A DNA stretch of 64,000 nt from IMG/VR virus record IMGVR_UViG_3300046323_000234; one strand, 5' to 3'. The translations under genes were made by a program, and so were the position numbers. Of this stretch, positions 59,619-64,000 are shown one piece after another; within the stretch, counting starts at the first letter, position 1, and every line of letters begins with the position of its first letter. The DNA comes from a virus. Under the pieces are notes generated by a model. That model saw only the letters and a program-made list of their open reading frames with translations. It was not told the origin of the DNA and did not search any database.

Positions 59619-60419
59619 TTAGATTGGTAATGCAATTTTTGAAAGCATTTTTTTACTGACATGGGTATAAATTTCGGTAGTTTTTACACTTGAGTGACCA
59701 GCTAACGATTGGATAAACCTTAAATCTGTTCCCACTTCTAATAGATGTGTAAAGCAGCTATGTCGTAATTTGTGGATGCTCGATGTTTTATCAATATATT
59801 TTTTGAATATGTTTTGGCAAGATTTAACCGAATACTGTGGAAAATTTTGTCCATTAAATAAATACTCAACAGATCTATATTCTTTAAAATATATCCTTAA
59901 TAATTCCAAAACAGTTTGGGATAGTGGTACAATCCTATCTTTTCTACCTTTAGCTTGTCTAATATTGATGATCATTTGTTTTGAATCAATGTCTTCAATT
60001 TTTAGATTAACTATCTCAGAAACTCTTAATCCAACTGAATAACATAATGTTAATATAGCTTTATGTTTAATGTTTTCAATTTTGGATAATTGAGATAAGA
60101 TATGATCATTGTCAATAACTCTTGGTAATTTTTTCTCTTTTCTCGGCCTTTGAAAATCAACCTTGTCGTATTTCTTTTCCAAAACCTTTTCATAAAGAAA
60201 CTTGATTGAGTTTATTATCTGGTTCTGTTGACTAATTGATGTGAACTTATAATCATTCAGATAAGATTGAAAGTCATTGGAAGATATGTGAATAATTTGC
60301 TTATCGCCAAATGATGAAACAAATGGCTTAATATGTGATATATAATTATTTATCGTATTTATTGAGTAATTAAAATATATAAGCTTTTGTTCACAAATCT
60401 TTATAATTTTATCGTTCAT
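59619..60419 (-). CDS. Tyrosine recombinase (integron-type integrase, lacking the IntI insertion)
   Basis: SAM-like N-terminus (YSINTINNY), GLRVSE, KGRKDR, HKLRH, LAGHSS, EIYTHV; likely start MNDKII at 60419. Confidence 0.9.
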   Translation of the reverse strand: MNDKIIKICEQKLIYFNYSINTINNYISHIKPFVSSFGDKQIIHISSNDFQSYLNDYKFTSISQQNQIINSIKFLYEKVLEKKYDKVDFQRPRKEKKLPRVIDNDHILSQLSKIENIKHKAILTLCYSVGLRVSEIVNLKIEDIDSKQMIINIRQAKGRKDRIVPLSQTVLELLRIYFKEYRSVEYLFNGQNFPQYSVKSCQNIFKKYIDKTSSIHKLRHSCFTHLLEVGTDLRFIQSLAGHSSVKTTEIYTHVSKKMLSKIALPI

Positions 60420-60439
60420 TTGATTGTAAGTTATTGATT

Positions 60440-60481
60440 TATTGATATTTATATTTACTTGCGTATATATAGCAGTTAGCG
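60440..60481 (+). other. attI-like primary recombination site (core GTTAGCG at 60475)
   Basis: First GTT core, about 55 bp upstream of the integrase start, with no hairpin arm before it; complementary to TACCGCTAAC at the end of cassette 1. Confidence 0.65.
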
Positions 60482-60487
60482 GTAATA

Positions 60488-60775
60488 CTACCAACTGTTC
60501 ACAAATCGAATTTTATGCACACCTTCTGGTATTTCGGAAACGATGATTTCAAATCCTTCTGTCATATCTTCACTGTATTCATGCTTTGGTATTTTAATCT
60601 CAAGTTTTTCCTCTAAAAGATATTGTTCTGGATATTTACTACCAAAATATTCAGCGGTTTCTTTTGGAAGTTCTGAAATACCTGCTTCAATACAAGCATT
60701 TAAAACTTTGGCGTGTTTCTTATAATTTTCGTTTTCAGGTGAAACAAAACCTGTAATTCTCGTTGACATTCCCAT
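60488..60775 (-). CDS. Cassette 1 ORF, hypothetical
   Basis: 95 aa between attI and attC1. Confidence 0.7.
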   Translation of the reverse strand: MGMSTRITGFVSPENENYKKHAKVLNACIEAGISELPKETAEYFGSKYPEQYLLEEKLEIKIPKHEYSEDMTEGFEIIVSEIPEGVHKIRFVNSW

Positions 60776-60822
60776 TTTATTATAGTTTTAAATTAAAAAT
60801 TCGTTTTTCAAATCCGTACTAC

Positions 60823-60947
60823 CGCTAACAGCACATAGGCAAAAAAGCCGTTTCAGTTTCACAAGAATATTTTTCATAAGTATTAAATTTATCGTTTCAA
60901 ATTAAGTTATCGTTTCGGCTTCTTCGCCTATCTGCAAAACGTTATGT
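60823..60947 (+). repeat. attC-like site 1
   Basis: CGCTAAC-a-GCACATAGGCAAAAAAGCCG...CGGCTTCTTCGCCTATCTGC-aaaac-GTTATGT. Confidence 0.85.
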
Positions 60948-60957
60948 GTAATAAAAA

Positions 60958-61200
60958 TTATTCACATGGTTCGTTCTTTCTACCACTACCTGTTTCAACC
61001 AAGTACGCCTTTTCGATTAATTTCAAATAAGATACTGGTTTTCCTCTGTCGGTATCACAAATAACCTTTTGTCTTTGTTCACAATAATACCCTTCCGAAG
61101 TTAATCGAAATTCCTCACCGTTTGGTAATCTAACTAAATCACCATTTCTCCACGCTGATAAAACAGGGTTGTATTCTTTTATTTTTGGTAATCCATCCAT
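60958..61200 (-). CDS. Cassette 2 ORF, hypothetical (MDGLPKIKEY...)
   Basis: ATG at 61200 just inside attC2; frame stays open to 61281. Confidence 0.6.
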   Translation of the reverse strand: MDGLPKIKEYNPVLSAWRNGDLVRLPNGEEFRLTSEGYYCEQRQKVICDTDRGKPVSYLKLIEKAYLVETGSGRKNEPCE

Positions 61201-61213
61201 AATTTTTACATAC

Positions 61214-61343
61214 ACATAACAAAGAATATAAGTAATAACCGAGTTATGTGGTTTATTTAAGTTACTACCCTTTACAATCATTTATACGTAATTTTAAGTT
61301 TGTGTTTCAAGTCGGTTACTACTTATATTCTTAACCGTTAGTG
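61214..61343 (+). repeat. attC-like site 2
   Basis: ACATAAC-a-AAGAATATAAGTAATAACCGA...TCGGTTACTACTTATATTCTT-aacc-GTTAGTG. Confidence 0.85.
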
Positions 61344-61586
61344 GAAATTTGCCTTTTCAACTTCTCCGCATTTAACACACTTTCGTGGGTAAGGTTGGTT
61401 CATGCTTCTGCTATACATGTGGGAGCAAGGCAAACTATCCACTAACACAGGGTTAGAAGAAATTTTTAATGCTTCCTTTATCATCATAATACAGTCCACA
61501 TATGCACCTTTCCTTGCTCTACTTTCTTTTGTGCTATCTCCACAGTTTGCTGCTTTCAATTTTAGTTCTGCTAATAGTTTCTCCAT
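61338..61586 (-). CDS. Cassette 3 ORF, Cys/His zinc-binding tail; starts inside attC3 loop
   Basis: CSH...CVKC; stop TAA is the complement of the GTTA core. Confidence 0.6.
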   Translation of the reverse strand: MEKLLAELKLKAANCGDSTKESRARKGAYVDCIMMIKEALKISSNPVLVDSLPCSHMYSRSMNQPYPRKCVKCGEVEKANFH

Positions 61587-61649
61587 TTTAATTATATTTA
61601 GTTGTTAGTAATCGCATTAAAAACTTCTCTAACCCTGATACCGTTATGC
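61440..61649 (+). repeat. attC-like site 3 (long loop containing coding sequence)
   Basis: CACTAAC-a-CAGGGTTAGAAGAAATTTTTAATGC...GCATTAAAAACTTCTCTAACCCTG-atacc-GTTATGC. Confidence 0.8.
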
Positions 61650-61724
61650 TCCATGCCTTAGTTCAGTCCTTCAATTTGAGTTTCGTGATGAAAAACAAAA
61701 AGAATTTACCAAACGCACTGTAAA

Positions 61725-62180
61725 TTATTTTATTTCTTGTTTAAAATACAATGGTTTTTTTGAAACTACAATGGTTGCACCAATCTCATTTGGGTCATCT
61801 AATAATATTTCATTACCATCACCAAACACTTTATATAAATAATCGCCATATTTATACTTATCATATTGGTATGATAATGCTTTTATTGGTTCGTTTGATA
61901 CAAAAGTAAACCCATACCCATTTTTATTAAAAACATTATTCATTTCTTCAAAATCATCGTTTTCTAAATTTTCATCATAATCTGATATTATATCCATATA
62001 AGCACTTCTAATTAAATCAGAATAATCCGATACATTAAGTACTGATGCTTTATATAATCCATCCTTCATATCTCGTTTAGATGAATGATAACCCAAAAAT
62101 GTTTTGTTTTCGGTATTTTCATTAACAAATTGTTTAAAGTTTTTCACTTTATCAATCATTTTACGTATATCTTCACTCAT
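61725..62180 (-). CDS. Cassette 4 ORF, leader + possible ART-like domain
   Basis: MSEDIRKMIDKVKNFKQFVNE leader; GYHSS..FTFVS..YGDYLYKV; ATATTTATA 15 nt upstream. Confidence 0.65.
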   Translation of the reverse strand: MSEDIRKMIDKVKNFKQFVNENTENKTFLGYHSSKRDMKDGLYKASVLNVSDYSDLIRSAYMDIISDYDENLENDDFEEMNNVFNKNGYGFTFVSNEPIKALSYQYDKYKYGDYLYKVFGDGNEILLDDPNEIGATIVVSKKPLYFKQEIK

Positions 62181-62291
62181 AGTTTTATCTTTATATATAA
62201 ATATTCCAATTTTAAAAATCCACCCTAAAATTCTTTTTGTTTTTCTTTCGTGTTTCAAATCAGCATTATCAGTTAATAAGTCGGCACGAGA

Positions 62292-62385
62292 GCATAACAA
62301 GGTGTATAAGAAAGTTTGCTATCCACAGTAGTTGTAATTTGAAAGTTTCTACAAGCAAACCTTCTCATACACCCAACCGTTAGGC
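62292..62385 (+). repeat. attC-like site 4
   Basis: GCATAAC-a-AGGTGTATAAGAAAGTTTGCT...AGCAAACCTTCTCATACACCC-aacc-GTTAGGC. Confidence 0.85.
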
Positions 62386-62389
62386 ACAA

Positions 62390-62632
62390 TTAAGAAACTC
62401 GCCAAACCTCACTATTAGCGAAAGCAATTTGGTATTCTTCTTCAACCTTCTTTTTAAATTCATTCGTTAAATCATTTACCATTTCGCCATTCATTGGTGT
62501 TACTGCGTGAAATTCTACCTTTATACCTTTATGTATTCCAGCACTATAAGCCATTTCCATTTGTTGTTTTAAGTATCCTTCTGAATACCAAATTTCTTCT
62601 TTACCGTTTCGTTCTCTAATTAAACTATCCAT
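62390..62632 (-). CDS. Cassette 5 ORF, hypothetical (MDSLIRERNG...)
   Basis: ATG at 62632; frame open through the attC5 arm to 62677. Confidence 0.6.
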   Translation of the reverse strand: MDSLIRERNGKEEIWYSEGYLKQQMEMAYSAGIHKGIKVEFHAVTPMNGEMVNDLTNEFKKKVEEEYQIAFANSEVWRVS

Positions 62633-62647
62633 GATCAAATTAACTGT

Positions 62648-62741
62648 GCCTAACAAGCAATATAAAACAGTTGCCATCAGGCTTATTACTAAATTTGAAA
62701 CGTCTTATAAGGCAACCGTTTCATATTGCCGACCGTTATAA
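62648..62741 (+). repeat. attC-like site 5
   Basis: GCCTAAC-a-AGCAATATAAAACAGTTGCC...GGCAACCGTTTCATATTGCC-gacc-GTTATAA. Confidence 0.85.
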
Positions 62742-62797
62742 CCAATACTATATTATACGTTCCATATAGCATTTTGGTTCAAAAACTTTTAAAAATT

Positions 62798-63244
62798 TTA
62801 CCCACGCTTTTTTCTTAAAATTCTTTGAAAAAATGGTAATTCTATAAAATCATCTACACCATTTACTGTTTCAACATCATAATGTTTACCTTTATAATAT
62901 AACCAAACGTGGTCTAATTTCATCAATTTTTGAGATTCTGAACCAAATTTTGTAAATTTTTTATAATATCTCTTATTATTCTCATCAGAAAAATCAATCG
63001 CACAATCTTCACTATAATCTGGATTTGTAGCCAATAAAAACACGTCATCACCTTCCCCACCAACATCTTGCAATAAATCATAAGCAAATTCATCACAATA
63101 ACCCCTATTAATTTGATTTATTGTACATCCAATGTTTTCACGATAATCATCAATTAAATTATTTATTTTGAATGAAATATTTTCATTTAAAAACTCATTT
63201 AATGTAGTTTTAATTATCTTTCGTATTTTGCTGTTATCGTCCAT
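62798..63244 (-). CDS. Cassette 6 ORF, leader + Cys/His/Asp (papain/transglutaminase-like) domain
   Basis: MDDNSKIRKIIKTTLNEFLNE leader; INRGYCDEFA...HVWL...HYD; ATATTTATA 15 nt upstream. Confidence 0.65.
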   Translation of the reverse strand: MDDNSKIRKIIKTTLNEFLNENISFKINNLIDDYRENIGCTINQINRGYCDEFAYDLLQDVGGEGDDVFLLATNPDYSEDCAIDFSDENNKRYYKKFTKFGSESQKLMKLDHVWLYYKGKHYDVETVNGVDDFIELPFFQRILRKKRG

Positions 63245-63352
63245 AGTTTTTACTTTATATATAAATATTCAATTTTAAAATTCCCACCGCACATTTTTAA
63301 AAGTTTTTGTTCTGTGTTTCAAACAAGCATTTGTGGTAATTATCCGTACTGG

Positions 63353-63406
63353 TTATAACAGCAAATATATTGCATTAAAACGACAATATATTTGCAACCG
63401 TTATAA
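63353..63406 (+). repeat. attC-like site 6 (minimal, 54 bp)
   Basis: TTATAAC-a-GCAAATATATTG-11nt-CAATATATTTGC-aacc-GTTATAA. Confidence 0.85.
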
Positions 63407-63601
63407 GGCATTGTAAAATACACCTTCACCGACTTCTAAAATCATTTTCATTTTTCTAAGCAATCTGTAAATTGTCGGAATGGCTCTATTATACAATCTT
63501 CCTTCTGTGTCATATCCCCAACATTCGGGGTAATATTTTTTAGCTATACTCCCGACTGTAAAATCACCCTTTGGTAAATCTTCAATTTTGAAACGTGCCA
63601 T
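63401..63601 (-). CDS. Cassette 7 ORF, possible winged-helix protein
   Basis: 66 aa; stop codon overlaps the GTTA core. Confidence 0.6.
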   Translation of the reverse strand: MARFKIEDLPKGDFTVGSIAKKYYPECWGYDTEGRLYNRAIPTIYRLLRKMKMILEVGEGVFYNAL

Positions 63602-63613
63602 AAAAACAACGCC

Positions 63614-63707
63614 CTATAACATTATATTTATGCAAGTGGGCGTAATCATTTGCATAAATCATGGGTTCATTGCATTGCCCACCTGCATAAATATTTGTTC
63701 GTTATAT
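63614..63707 (+). repeat. attC-like site 7
   Basis: CTATAAC-att-ATATTTATGCAAGTGGGC...GCCCACCTGCATAAATAT-ttgttc-GTTATAT. Confidence 0.8.
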
Positions 63708-63763
63708 TCAATTTGTTTTTTTTTGCCACCGCAGAGAAAAAATTTAAAATTTGTTTTTAAAAA

Positions 63764-63973
63764 TTAAGAGGTTTTTACGTCCTGTATTCTTTCATATTCA
63801 ACTTCATCAATCCAATGTTTACAAAGCGGACAAATCGTATCACAGTAATTTTCATCAGCATCGTCAATATCGCTTTCAAAGTCATTTGACTTAAATACAC
63901 CTTTGCATTCTGGACATTCAATATCTGTATTTTCGTATTTAAATAAAAACTCTGGAAGTGGAGCGTGTTCCAT
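63764..63973 (-). CDS. Cassette 8 ORF, zinc-finger protein (5' end may extend beyond window)
   Basis: CPEC...CPLC. Confidence 0.55.
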   Translation of the reverse strand: MEHAPLPEFLFKYENTDIECPECKGVFKSNDFESDIDDADENYCDTICPLCKHWIDEVEYERIQDVKTS

Positions 63974-64000
63974 AAATTGATGGTCAAAATTAACTTCTAC

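Larger units (their letters stand above)
60475..64000 (+). mobile_element. Integron-like gene cassette array (at least 8 cassettes, runs off window)
   Basis: Cassette starts (GTT) at 60475, 60941, 61337, 61643, 62379, 62735, 63400, 63701; each start is complementary to the same cassette's TAAC end. Confidence 0.85.

Noticed and set aside
59619-60419. Integrase as a prophage (lysogeny) integrase
   Set aside because: No repressor, excisionase or attP context seen; its adjacency to the attI-like core and the cassette array explains it better, though a dual role cannot be excluded.
60420-60494. Extended integrase N-terminus from the ORF track (start 60494)
   Set aside because: It would run across attI into cassette 1; the ATG at 60419 is the more plausible start.
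60823-63707. Cassette hairpins as simple rho-independent terminators or REP/MITE elements
   Set aside because: No U-tracts, arms differ in sequence between copies, all are bounded by TAAC/GTTA, and cassette-specific end complementarity is not explained by terminators.
1-64000. Stop-codon reassignment (as in some Bacteroidota jumbo and crAss-like phages)
   Set aside because: Long genes (PolB, baseplate, helicase) are intact under the standard code, and TAG/TGA end plausible genes.
1-64000. tRNA/rRNA genes, DGR reverse transcriptase or template repeat
   Set aside because: None recognised by eye; intergenic gaps are short and AT-rich. A tRNAscan/HMM run is needed to be certain.

Overview
Very AT-rich (roughly one quarter G+C by eye), densely coding 64 kb segment of a large tailed (myovirus-type, probably jumbo) bacteriophage, most likely infecting a Bacteroidota host. 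The host inference rests on TTTG-N19-20-TAnnTTTG promoters and Bacteroidota-like ClpP, rhomboid and lysozyme genes. The standard genetic code fits. The window holds tail fibre, baseplate and neck genes, a family B DNA polymerase, an SNF2 helicase, RuvC, exonucleases, a CCA-adding enzyme, ClpP and nucleotide-pool enzymes. A CTATTTATA motif precedes 19 genes and is probably the late promoter. Most notable: (1) From 59.6 kb to the window end there is an integron-like system. A tyrosine recombinase lacking the IntI-specific insertion sits next to an attI-like site, followed by at least 8 gene cassettes separated by 7 attC-like hairpins. All cassette ORFs are antisense to the canonical orientation, and two carry the phage late-promoter motif plus a capsid-targeting-like N-terminus. 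(2) A DGR-type variable region with its downstream hairpin lies at the 3' end of one member of a dispersed paralog family; no RT or template repeat was seen in the window. (3) A tnpB-only IS200/IS605 element interrupts a rhomboid-like gene. (4) Putative virion-packaged polyproteins carry Acb1-like 2H phosphodiesterase, GNAT and ADP-ribosyltransferase-like domains. All family assignments are by motif recognition, without database searches.
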